Shown here: piece after piece, positions 45,663 through 54,327 of the stretch
How the letters are laid out: every line of letters starts with the position of its first letter
Numbering within the stretch: position 1 is the stretch's first letter
NCBI GenBank assembly: GCA_964558555.1
Contig: CAZLEO010000005.1
Coordinates: forward strand, 10,968 to 74,967
Reading direction: 5' to 3'
From: an uncultured Rickettsiales bacterium
GTDB lineage: Bacteria; Myxococcota_A; UBA796; UBA9615; CAYRNR01
DNA: 64,000 bases
The notes under the pieces: generated by a model
Told to the model about the DNA's origin: nothing
The model's database searches: none
What the model saw: only the letters and a program-made list of their open reading frames with translations
Position numbers and translations under genes: made by a program

Positions 45663-46130
45663 ATGACTCGCTACATTCCGTCATTCGCCCTCTTCACCGC
45701 CGTGATCACCGCGGCCATCCTCGCCGGCTGCTCCTACGGCCAGGGCATCATCGCCACCGTGACCGTGTCCGAGGACGTGGTCGCCCTGTACACCGCCGAC
45801 GCCCCCGGCATCGTCGTGGTCGAGCACGACGGGTACGGCCAGTTCATCGCCGTGCGCACCCTGTGCGGCGACGACGACGGCGAGGTCCAGTTCACCACCG
45901 AGTACACCCTGTCGGGCTGCGCCGAGGCCCACGAGGCCCGCGCGTACACCGCCCCCATGCCCGCGGACATCACTTGCAACGACGACCTCGTCGCCAATCC
46001 CACCGGCTTCGCCGAGGACGAGTGGGCCATCGACGTGGCCGGCGACTGGGTGCCGGTGTACGAGAATCACACCGATGACGATGGTTGCTTCGCCGAGGAG
46101 GGCGAGGGGGAGATCGCTCTGACCATCTGA
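45663..46130 (+). CDS. hypothetical lipoprotein
   Basis: MTRYIPSFALFTAVITAAILAGCSYG is a lipobox (LAGC). Confidence 0.55.
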   Translation: MTRYIPSFALFTAVITAAILAGCSYGQGIIATVTVSEDVVALYTADAPGIVVVEHDGYGQFIAVRTLCGDDDGEVQFTTEYTLSGCAEAHEARAYTAPMPADITCNDDLVANPTGFAEDEWAIDVAGDWVPVYENHTDDDGCFAEEGEGEIALTI

Positions 46131-46161
46131 TCGCTTCCCCCCGGCCTGCTACCCTCCCCCG

Positions 46162-47028
46162 GTGACCTGGGTCCTCCTCTCCCTGCTCGCCGGCCTGGCC
46201 GACGCCACCGTCTACGCAGCCATGAAGAAGCTGCGCGAGGTGCCCCCGCACATCACCCTGTGGTGGCGCTTCACCCTGGCGTTGCCCGTCCTCGCCATCT
46301 TCCTGGCCCTCGACGGCATCCCCGAGTTCCAGCCCGGCCTGATCCCGGTGCTCCTCGTCTTCTCGGTCATGATCGCCGCGGGCAGCCTCCTGATCATCCG
46401 CGCCACCCAGGTCTCCCCCCTGTCCACGTCCATGCCCGTGCTGTCCTTCACCCCGGCGTTCCTGCTGTTCACATCGTGGGTGATGCTCGGCGAGCGCACC
46501 GGCCCCCTGGGCACCGTCGGCGTGCTGACGATCGTCCTGGGCGCCTACGTTCTCAACGTCCACCGCGCGTCGGTGGGCCTGCTCGCCCCCCTGAAGTCCC
46601 TCTTCACCACACCCGGATCGCTGTACGTCCTGGGCACTGCCCTCATCTACGCCATCACCTCGAACCTCGGGAAGATGGGCATCGAGCGGTCCTCGGCCAC
46701 CTTCTTCATCGCCGCGTCCTACCTCGTCGTCTGCGTCGTCGTCCTGCCCTTCATGATCCGCGCGACGGCCAGGCACGGCGGCGTCTTCCGCGCCAACGTC
46801 CGTCCCCTGCTGATCATGGGCATCGCCGCCGCGGTGATGATGATCTGCTACGCCGTGGCCGTGCAACTGACGCTGGTGCCGTATGTGATCGCCCTGAAAC
46901 GGACGAATGGGCTGTTCAGCGTGCTGTTCGGGGTGCTGCTGTTCGGGGAGGGGCGGATCAAGCAGAGCCTGCTGGGGGCGGGGATCATGTTCGTGGGGGT
47001 GTTGTTGATCACGTGGGCGGGGACGTAG
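46162..47028 (+). CDS. EamA/DMT family transporter
   Basis: 10-TM profile with two EamA-like halves, 288 aa. Confidence 0.8.
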   Translation: MTWVLLSLLAGLADATVYAAMKKLREVPPHITLWWRFTLALPVLAIFLALDGIPEFQPGLIPVLLVFSVMIAAGSLLIIRATQVSPLSTSMPVLSFTPAFLLFTSWVMLGERTGPLGTVGVLTIVLGAYVLNVHRASVGLLAPLKSLFTTPGSLYVLGTALIYAITSNLGKMGIERSSATFFIAASYLVVCVVVLPFMIRATARHGGVFRANVRPLLIMGIAAAVMMICYAVAVQLTLVPYVIALKRTNGLFSVLFGVLLFGEGRIKQSLLGAGIMFVGVLLITWAGT

Positions 47029-47053
47029 TCGCGCTACGGGCCAGCGACGAGCT

Positions 47054-49222
47054 TCACATTCCCTCGCCGAGGATCAAGTACGCAGCGCCTGCGTGGCCGC
47101 CAGCGAGGTGGTTCCCATAGGCGCCGATCAGGATGTCTGCGCCCAGACTGCCATCGATCTCGCCCGCAGGAGAGACCGATGCTCCTGCGTACTCATCGGA
47201 CCCTGTTCCGACCAGTCGGGCGTCAGCGAAACCGAGGGCCACATCCCCGGAGATGGGGCCGTACAGCAGATAGGCGATCCCGGAGTCGTTCGCAGATGCA
47301 TCATGCAAGGGCGCTCCGACGAGAACATCCATGAAGCCGTCACCGTTGAGGTCACCTGCACTCGAAACCGAGGTTCCGGCGCCATCACCCACGGCCTCCC
47401 CTTGCAACGTGGCATCTGCTCCAGAGAGGTCGAAGGTGCCCTGGACCGGCCCGAGCACCAGATAGGCGATTCCCTCTCCAGCACCACCGGGCGCGGTCAT
47501 CGCACCAACGAGGATATCGTCGTAGCCGTCGCCGTTGGTGTCACCACCCGAGGCAACAGAACATCCCGCGAGGTCGCCCTGGCTCTCTCCCATCAGCTTG
47601 GCGTCGGCGTTGGCGAGGGCGACCTGCCCCAGTAGAGGGCCCAGGAGCAGATACGCGGCACCCGCGTAGATTCCCGCTGTTCCTTCTCCAACTGCTCCTA
47701 CCAGTACGTCGCCGAAGCCATCACCGTTGACGTCGCCGCCCGATGCCACGGAGCTGCCGGCCATATCCTCGGCAGATTCCCCCCAGAACTTGGCCGTGTA
47801 GGTCGCGCTCAGTTGCACGGCCCCTGGAGGAGGTTCAGAGAGCAGGTACACGGTCCCGGAGTCTTCGCCGCCGAAATCGCTCTGGTAGGCCCCGATCAAG
47901 AAATCTGAAGCGCCGTCACCATCTACGTCGCCGGCCGAGGCAACCGCCCGACCCGCTGAGTCTCCGGCGGCCTCGCCGATGAACTTGGTGCTGGCCTGGG
48001 ACAGGTCCAGGGTCCCCGTGATGGAGCCCAACCATAGATACGCAGCCCCTGCCTCGACTCCTCCAGTCCCCTCGCCGGGGGCGCCGACCAGCACGTCAGC
48101 GAATCCGTCGCCGTTCACATCCCCAGCGCCAGCCACGGATGTGCCCGCCTCGTCGCCGGCAGCTTCACCCACGAACTCGACACTCGCGTCATCGAGGTCC
48201 ACTACCCCCGTGACTGGTCCTCTCACCACGTAGGCTGCGCCCGCGCCAGTGCCACCGGAGCTCCCCCCCGGCGCACCGATGATGATGTCACCAAAGCCAT
48301 CGTCGTCGACGTCACCAGCCGCAGAGACGGCGAACCCTGCCCAATCATCCGCGGCCTCTCCGTACAAGTTGGCATCAGCGGCGGACAGGCTGAGCGAACC
48401 GTAGATCCCACACGTGTTGGCCGTACCATCGCAGTCGTTGTCCGCGGCGTCGCCGCAGACTTCGACACCGGATGGATTCACGTCCTCCATCTCATCGTCA
48501 CAGTCCCCGTCGCAGCTGCTGTATCCGTCTCCGTCTCCATCCGCCGGAGTCAGCGACGCGTCACCGTCGTCACAGTCCCCATCGCAGACCAGGAACCCAT
48601 CCCCGTCGGCGTCCACCTCGTCGTCGGCGATGAGGCCGTCACAGTCGTTGTCCTGGCCGTCGCAGGCCTCCTCGGCGCCGGGGTACACGCTCGAATCCGC
48701 GTCGTCGCAATCGGCGTCCGACGATTTCCAGGTCTCGGCCCAGTACGCGCCATCGCCGTCGGCATCGACCAGACCGGTTCCGGAGAGGGTGACGATATGC
48801 GCTTCCCCGGGCTCGTACCGGTGATCCGAGGAGAAGATCTCCAGGTTCGCCGTCCACACCCCCGCCCCTGGCGGGTCGAAGGTAACGGACACCGGAGACA
48901 GGACATTGATGGTGTCTGGGGGGAGAGTGAACGGGGCCTGATGCTCCACCGTGAACACGCCCTCGTCGCAGCCGGTCACCACGATGGCCAGCAGTTCCAG
49001 GGGCACTGCTCCCCTGTTCCGGATCTCCACGTCCAGGGTGGTGGGTTCATCATCACGGACGTATCCAAAGTTCAACTCGTCGTCCGCGAAGATCTCCCCG
49101 CCAGTTCCCGGATCTGTCGTGTCGTCGTCATCGGCCGAATCGTCGTCATTGCTCTCGTTGGGACATCCAATGAGCAAGAGGAGCAACCCGACAAGCGCGA
49201 TCCTCAGGGCGGTCGAAGACAT
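47054..49222 (-). CDS. FG-GAP repeat lipoprotein with N-terminal Cys-rich 'putative metal-binding motif' repeats
   Basis: MSSTALRIALVGLLLLLIGCPNESNDDDSADDDD. Repeated CDDADSSVYPGAEEACDGQDNDCDG / DGDGY..CDGDCDD units. At least six DVxGDGFxDxLxGAP FG-GAP repeats. Confidence 0.8.
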   Translation of the reverse strand: MSSTALRIALVGLLLLLIGCPNESNDDDSADDDDTTDPGTGGEIFADDELNFGYVRDDEPTTLDVEIRNRGAVPLELLAIVVTGCDEGVFTVEHQAPFTLPPDTINVLSPVSVTFDPPGAGVWTANLEIFSSDHRYEPGEAHIVTLSGTGLVDADGDGAYWAETWKSSDADCDDADSSVYPGAEEACDGQDNDCDGLIADDEVDADGDGFLVCDGDCDDGDASLTPADGDGDGYSSCDGDCDDEMEDVNPSGVEVCGDAADNDCDGTANTCGIYGSLSLSAADANLYGEAADDWAGFAVSAAGDVDDDGFGDIIIGAPGGSSGGTGAGAAYVVRGPVTGVVDLDDASVEFVGEAAGDEAGTSVAGAGDVNGDGFADVLVGAPGEGTGGVEAGAAYLWLGSITGTLDLSQASTKFIGEAAGDSAGRAVASAGDVDGDGASDFLIGAYQSDFGGEDSGTVYLLSEPPPGAVQLSATYTAKFWGESAEDMAGSSVASGGDVNGDGFGDVLVGAVGEGTAGIYAGAAYLLLGPLLGQVALANADAKLMGESQGDLAGCSVASGGDTNGDGYDDILVGAMTAPGGAGEGIAYLVLGPVQGTFDLSGADATLQGEAVGDGAGTSVSSAGDLNGDGFMDVLVGAPLHDASANDSGIAYLLYGPISGDVALGFADARLVGTGSDEYAGASVSPAGEIDGSLGADILIGAYGNHLAGGHAGAAYLILGEGM

Positions 49223-49346
49223 GGTTCATCCCCTCCAGATCCAAGCAGTTGGATTCTACCATCGTGACTGGCCTGAGCGAGAGACCCACAAGGGGGGCAG
49301 TGGTAGGAATCGGCGGTGTGGGGCATCGGGAGCTCCCGGCCGAAAG

Positions 49347-50603
49347 TCACTGCCAGCCGAATGCCAGGCGCACCCGGCCGCCCAGGGAGAAGAACTGACT
49401 CCGCCCTTCGGACCGCGTGGGGACGATGGCTTGCGCGCGTTCCAGAGAGCGGAAGAGCTTGCTGACGGTTCCTTGCGTGAGTCCGAGGTGACGGATCACG
49501 TCCGCTTGTCTGAACTCATCCAGTCCAGATCCCACCAGAGTTGCGAGGTGACTGATCTCGGCGTCCGAGAGAGACCCCTGGAGTTGCTCGGTGTACAAGG
49601 GCGCCAGCACGACTCGAGCTTCTTCGATGCCTAGCGGCTCGGCGCCCAGAGCCCCCAGCGCGCGAAAGCACGCCTCGTCCAGCGCGCCGAACATGCCCCT
49701 CAGGTCTCCGCGGAAGAGCCCATAGATCTCACGGACGAGCGACTCCTGGACCGGCGGGACTACCTCCCCGTCTGGGAGTCGTAGCGCATCGAGACGCTTG
49801 TGAAGCAACAGCACCAGGTCGTCCAGGGACAGGGGTTCGAGGCGAACGGGTGGTGGAAAGATGCTCCTCACCTGGGCGTGAGTGTTCAGGATCCCTCCCC
49901 GGAACCCGTCGGTCGCCCCGAGCAACACGTGTACGCCCGGCACGAGGAAATAGTCTCGCGCATCACGGAACAACATGGCCGCCTCGGAAGGGTCGTCCTC
50001 CAGGTTCTCGAGGTTGTTGAGATGCACGACGATTCCGGTGATTCCCTCCGCGAGCGCCCCTTCGACGAGCCCGGCCAGCGCGTCGTGGAACTGGCTGGGT
50101 AGAAACGCCGGGCGCTCCCGCGGCTTGCTCCCACCGAACCCGCCACCGCTGCCCAGGACGGACACGCTCCACTGAAACGCGACGCGTTCGGTCTCCTCGA
50201 CAAGCCTCCGCACCTCGCCGTACCCGGACACCGACTCGGGCTTCCCCGAGGGCAGCGAGAGACGAATGCTCCGTAGGATCCCCCTCAACATCTCCACGCC
50301 CAACATGGTAGCGGACAGATCGTGAGGAACCCTGCAATGCTGCGACGAGACGGCCATCCCGTGTTCTTCGTGCAGCCTCGCCTTGACCTGCTGGATGAAC
50401 GTCGTCTTGCCGACTCCCGGCGGCCCGGAGATCACCATCCGGCTCGAGTCGCTCCCCAGAATCCGCTTCAAGACCTGTTCGGTCTCCTCAGCCCTGCCCA
50501 CGAAGAGGTCGATCGGGCGTGTGCTCGTTGGAGACAGGTCGAGCGCTTCCTGGAAGAACGGGCTGGTCCGGATACCGAACGAATTCCAGATATTGGCGGT
50601 CAT
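49347..50603 (-). CDS. ORC/Cdc6-like (AAA_16-type) P-loop ATPase with C-terminal winged-helix
   Basis: FVGRAEETEQVLKRILGSDSSRMVISGPPGVGKTTF is Walker A. ITGIVVHLNNLENLEDD is Walker B-like. The C-terminal LGLTQGTVSKLFRSLERAQAIVPTRSEGRSQFFSL is a wHTH. GC is about 60%, against about 70% for the surroundings. Start at ATG 50603 after GGGAGGG. Confidence 0.6.
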   Translation of the reverse strand: MTANIWNSFGIRTSPFFQEALDLSPTSTRPIDLFVGRAEETEQVLKRILGSDSSRMVISGPPGVGKTTFIQQVKARLHEEHGMAVSSQHCRVPHDLSATMLGVEMLRGILRSIRLSLPSGKPESVSGYGEVRRLVEETERVAFQWSVSVLGSGGGFGGSKPRERPAFLPSQFHDALAGLVEGALAEGITGIVVHLNNLENLEDDPSEAAMLFRDARDYFLVPGVHVLLGATDGFRGGILNTHAQVRSIFPPPVRLEPLSLDDLVLLLHKRLDALRLPDGEVVPPVQESLVREIYGLFRGDLRGMFGALDEACFRALGALGAEPLGIEEARVVLAPLYTEQLQGSLSDAEISHLATLVGSGLDEFRQADVIRHLGLTQGTVSKLFRSLERAQAIVPTRSEGRSQFFSLGGRVRLAFGWQ

Positions 50604-50746
50604 CATTCCCTCCCGTCGCACTGTAACGAATATTCACTGATTCGTGAACATTCGTCAAGGCCGGTCATCGGGAATGTTCTCGCGCCGCGCTCCTAAAACC
50701 ACGACGAGCTGGACAGGGCGAGCGCGAGCAGGGATTCGCGCCGGTG

Positions 50747-50782
50747 AAACCAGGAGCAAAACCAGGAGCAAAACCAGGAGGA
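50747..50782. repeat. 3 x 12-nt tandem direct repeat (A)AAACCAGGAGC upstream of the ATPase gene
   Basis: gtgAAACCAGGAGCAAAACCAGGAGCAAAACCAGGAGGatg, seen directly in the sequence. It lies about 145-180 nt upstream of the 50603 start on the opposite strand. Confidence 0.6.
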
Positions 50783-50822
50783 TGTCAGACGGTGGTGAAG
50801 CCCGTCCGAGTCAGAGCGTTCC

Positions 50823-51287
50823 TCACTCGTCGTCATCACCGACGTAGATGATGTAGATCATGATGCCGTGCTCGCCTTCCGCCTCCACGGTCTCGGCGAG
50901 TTCCAGCAGCTCCAGCTGGCACGCCTTGATGCTCTTGCCCTCCACCTCGAGCTCCCGCGGGATGCCAGTCACCGTCACGCGACTCATCGGGCGGCCGTCC
51001 TCGTCGATCTCCTCGAGCACCACCGTCGGCGCCGCAGCCCGCCCGGCCAGCGCGTCCGCCCACGCCTCGAGCAGCCTCACCGAGATCTGACCGTCGTACA
51101 GCGTCACGCTTCCGGCCTTCTCGTCCACCGCCGCGGCCTCGAACTCACCATCCTCGCCGCCGCTGGCCCCCACCGTGATCACGAACTCCCCGGCCTCGGC
51201 CTTCAGCGACTGGGCCATGGCAGCCGGGCACAGCGCCACGAGGGTGAACAGAGCGACAGAAACGCCGACGATCGTCTTGTGAGTCAT
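50823..51287 (-). CDS. small secreted protein (154 aa)
   Basis: ATG 51287 with GGAG 6 nt upstream. MTHKTIVGVSVALFTLVALCPAAMAQ is a signal peptide. The C-terminus is acidic (GDDDE). Confidence 0.55.
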   Translation of the reverse strand: MTHKTIVGVSVALFTLVALCPAAMAQSLKAEAGEFVITVGASGGEDGEFEAAAVDEKAGSVTLYDGQISVRLLEAWADALAGRAAAPTVVLEEIDEDGRPMSRVTVTGIPRELEVEGKSIKACQLELLELAETVEAEGEHGIMIYIIYVGDDDE

Positions 51288-51416
51288 GGAATCTCCTGGA
51301 ATGTGATTGCTTGCTCCCACGATTTCAGGATGCCCCGCAGGGCGGTGGTGGGCACTCACGCGGGTGGCACATGAAGTACAGTCGACCTCCTCCCCGCGAC
51401 CGCGTAGGGTCATCCC

Positions 51417-51770
51417 ATGCGCAAGCGCGACAGGCCACGCGTCCGCGTCGACCGCGACCACCAGCTCGGCTACTGGCCGCGAAAGCGGGTCGTGGCTTAC
51501 CGCAAGGCCGACACTCCCGATCAACCGTTCAAGGGCGTGCGCGAAGCCTGGATCCTCTGCCGCATCCCCTCCTTCACCGACGACTGGACCATCGAGTCCA
51601 TCGACACGAACCTGTTCATCTACGACTTCGTGCTCGCCGATGGGGATCGGCGCATCGAGGTCAAGGACGCGTGGGTGGACTTCTGGTCGAAGGAGTCGCG
51701 GCGAGGGAAGAGCCGGGAGGAACTCGAAGAGAGTGCCGCCAGGAACGGCTACCACCCCGTCCGCCCATGA
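51417..51770 (+). CDS. hypothetical protein (117 aa)
   Basis: GC3 is about 85% with basic N-terminus MRKRDRPRVRVDRDHQLGYWPRK. The stop overlaps the next start (ATGA). Confidence 0.45.
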   Translation: MRKRDRPRVRVDRDHQLGYWPRKRVVAYRKADTPDQPFKGVREAWILCRIPSFTDDWTIESIDTNLFIYDFVLADGDRRIEVKDAWVDFWSKESRRGKSREELEESAARNGYHPVRP

Positions 51771-51943
51771 TCTCCACGGAGACCCACCCCATGTTCCTCT
51801 TCGACATCCTCCAGCTCCACCACCCCGACCTCCAGCCCCACCGCTGCAAGCTCCACCTCGCCGTCCATACCGGCGAGGACGATCCCCAGGAGCACTGGAA
51901 GCGGGTGCTGGGGAGTCGGGAGTTCGGGTACAACCGGAATTGA
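51767..51943 (+). CDS. small hypothetical protein (58 aa), translationally coupled to the upstream ORF
   Basis: MISTETHPMFLFDILQLHHPDLQPHRCKLHLAVHTGEDDPQEHWKRVLGSREFGYNRN. ATG overlaps the upstream TGA. Confidence 0.35.
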   Translation: MISTETHPMFLFDILQLHHPDLQPHRCKLHLAVHTGEDDPQEHWKRVLGSREFGYNRN

Positions 51944-52114
51944 GCAGGCTCTCCGGCTTCCACCCTCGGCGCCGCAAGTCCCGGATGAGCCAGCCCACGA
52001 TCGCGGTCCCGGCACTGGCCTGGGCCTGAAAGAGAATCGTCAGAATCGGCTGAGCGACGGTGAAGACGAGGCCGATGATCACGAGTAGAGCGTCCACGGT
52101 ATCCTCCTGGCGTC

Positions 52115-52834
52115 TCAAGCCGATCCGATCGGTCCTTCGTAGATCTCCTCGGCGAACAGGGTCGCCTTGACCTGCTCGAACATCTCCCCCGTGCCACGGA
52201 TGAGTTCCTCCCGGTCGGCCAGCCTGCGCTCGAGCATGTCCTCGGAGAGCGCCCTGAACCGCTGAAGGCATTCGTCGCGTGGCCCCACCTCGACCTCGCC
52301 GTCCACGAACGTGGGGATTCGCCCCGGGCTGACCTTGTGCAGCGTGGCCCATGTCGAGCCGCCCAGTACGACCCGGTTGAGCAGCAAGACGATGTGGTGC
52401 TCATCCCCGATCACGCACTCGGACTTGAGGACCACCGGCCAGCGGGTGCGGCCGAAGAAGTAGCCCTCTGCAGGCCCGAAGTAGCGGTCCCAGATCCCAT
52501 CCCCTTCCTCGACCAGGGGGCCCGGCATGCACTGCATCCGGGGAATGTGGCACAGCACCCATCCCAGATCGTGGGACCGTGAGTGCACCGGCATGCGTCC
52601 GGAGGCCGGCTTCTCGTCTGTCCCCGGGACCTCGGCCCCGAGCTCCTCGATTACCCAGGTGCACCAGTCCAGCCAGTGCATGGTCTCCCTGGGCATCTGA
52701 AGGCCCATCTGAGCGCAGAAGGACGCTCGATGGATCGAGACGTAGCCCGTGCATGCGCTGAGGAACAGGTCCCCCCAGGTCATGTCGTCCCAGTCCAGGT
52801 CGGTGTCGTCGGTAACGATGAAGGGTCTGGTCAT
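52115..52834 (-). CDS. hypothetical protein (239 aa)
   Basis: ATG 52834 sits behind GGAGAGGA. MTRPFIVTDDTDLDWDDMTWGDLF... No recognisable motifs. Confidence 0.5.
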   Translation of the reverse strand: MTRPFIVTDDTDLDWDDMTWGDLFLSACTGYVSIHRASFCAQMGLQMPRETMHWLDWCTWVIEELGAEVPGTDEKPASGRMPVHSRSHDLGWVLCHIPRMQCMPGPLVEEGDGIWDRYFGPAEGYFFGRTRWPVVLKSECVIGDEHHIVLLLNRVVLGGSTWATLHKVSPGRIPTFVDGEVEVGPRDECLQRFRALSEDMLERRLADREELIRGTGEMFEQVKATLFAEEIYEGPIGSA

Positions 52835-53166
52835 GATTCGAATCCTCTCCGGAGCCGGTTCAGCCCGACGTCCAGGTCCAGGACATCGCGAATCGAGGGA
52901 TCGATCAACGCCGATATTTGTTACCGCCGGCACTTGCGAACGGCCGACGGTACTCGTGCTGGCGGTACTGGGGTTACCGCCGGTTCGAGGGCACGATCTG
53001 GCCCGCACCTTGCATCGGATTGGCCCCCTCCAGAGCGAGGCCATGCCAAGGCCAAAACGACGGAAATGGCAGCCGGCCAAGAAATCTGATCACGAAACAC
53101 ACATGTCGCGTTCTACTAAGGAAGGACAGCAACCTTCCCGCCCAGCTGTCGCGAGGAGAAACGACC

Positions 53167-54327
53167 ATGCGCACCATCCATGTCCCGAAGCCGTCCTCCG
53201 CCTGGCACGTACTCGTCCATGGCCATCAGGACGGCTGGCAGGCGCTGTCCGACCTGCTACGGCCACCGACGCGAACCGCTCAGGAGCGACACTATGCGCA
53301 GCTCGTCAAGGCGCTGACACGGGCTGTCGGACTGGAACACAACTCGGCCGAAGACGGGGGATGGGCCACGGTGTGGACATCCAACTCCATCGAGGGAACC
53401 GACCTTGGAGAGCAACACTGGCGGACATGGATCTCCGTGGATGACGATCAAGGTGGCGAGCGGATGTTCGGTGCGCTGCTCAGGGCGCTCGACGAGCAGG
53501 ACATCCCGTTCGACTCTGCCGCGTGCCGGGAGATGCTGCCGCCCGAGAGTCACCCCGTGCATGCTCGGTGGGGGACATGGTGCTTCGGTCCGCAGCGAGG
53601 GAGCATCAAGGCCTCGCTCCAGCCCGAGCACGGCGTAGTCGGGGTCGAAGTGGTGCGAGAAGCACCGCTCCCTTCCCTGAAGTGCCTCGCGTGCGAAGCG
53701 ACGGCGAGCCCCATCCCTCGAATCCTCGGGTACCCCAGTCCTGAAGGCGAGCTCGGTGTCCTGCTCGGAGAGCTCGTCTACGGAACGTGCGTGGTGGGTG
53801 GGCCCATGGCCACGGCCGAATGCGGCGCGTGTGGGAAGGGGCTCGTGCCGGGCTCGGCTGACGAGGAAGAAGTCGTGGGATCGGTGACCGGTGGGTTCGC
53901 CCATCAGGCTCGGGTCGAGCGGTTCAGGCGCCTGATCGTGGGAGGACGGGCGGGCACCCTGGTCTGGACGCCCTACGCCACGCAGCGCAACGGCTGGTGG
54001 ATGTTCTCCCTGAGCGCGGCCGTGAGGCAACGGCTCTCCGCTGCCTCCAACGCCGTTGTTGCTCTGAGACCTCGCGGGCTCCCGGCGCTGTTCGTTCCCT
54101 GGGCGCACATCGAGCCGATGACCGTGGACGACGAGCGCGAACGGATGGCGCTGCGCGTATCGAAGCGCGAACCCACGACGGTGAAACTCGGCAAGGCGAC
54201 GGTGGACGCCGTGACCCACCCGGAGCGACTCACACCTCCACCACCCGCCCCCACGGCGCATCGCCATGGCGCTTCGGCGCGACCCACAAGACCGGATACG
54301 GAGGTCTGCGCGTGGGAAAGTGGCTGA
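53167..54327 (+). CDS. hypothetical protein (386 aa), GC-atypical
   Basis: ATG 53167 with GAGGAG 8 nt upstream. Preceded by a 330-nt lower-GC intergenic region. The C-terminal 98 nt overlap the convergent VWA gene. Confidence 0.45.
   Translation: MRTIHVPKPSSAWHVLVHGHQDGWQALSDLLRPPTRTAQERHYAQLVKALTRAVGLEHNSAEDGGWATVWTSNSIEGTDLGEQHWRTWISVDDDQGGERMFGALLRALDEQDIPFDSAACREMLPPESHPVHARWGTWCFGPQRGSIKASLQPEHGVVGVEVVREAPLPSLKCLACEATASPIPRILGYPSPEGELGVLLGELVYGTCVVGGPMATAECGACGKGLVPGSADEEEVVGSVTGGFAHQARVERFRRLIVGGRAGTLVWTPYATQRNGWWMFSLSAAVRQRLSAASNAVVALRPRGLPALFVPWAHIEPMTVDDERERMALRVSKREPTTVKLGKATVDAVTHPERLTPPPPAPTAHRHGASARPTRPDTEVCAWESG

Noticed and set aside
52026-52101. Small membrane peptide (MDALLVIIGLVFTVAQPILTILFQ...) with a CAGGAGGA RBS on the minus strand.
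   Set aside because: The frame has no stop for more than 1.2 kb and runs antisense through the well-coded 51417..51943 genes. It is more likely the 5' fragment of an antisense artefact, though a short real peptide cannot be excluded.
52826-52845. tRNA-like T-loop string (gattcgaatcc).
   Set aside because: The context is the RBS and start region of the 52115..52834 gene. No acceptor, D or anticodon arms are discernible; no tRNA is called in this window.
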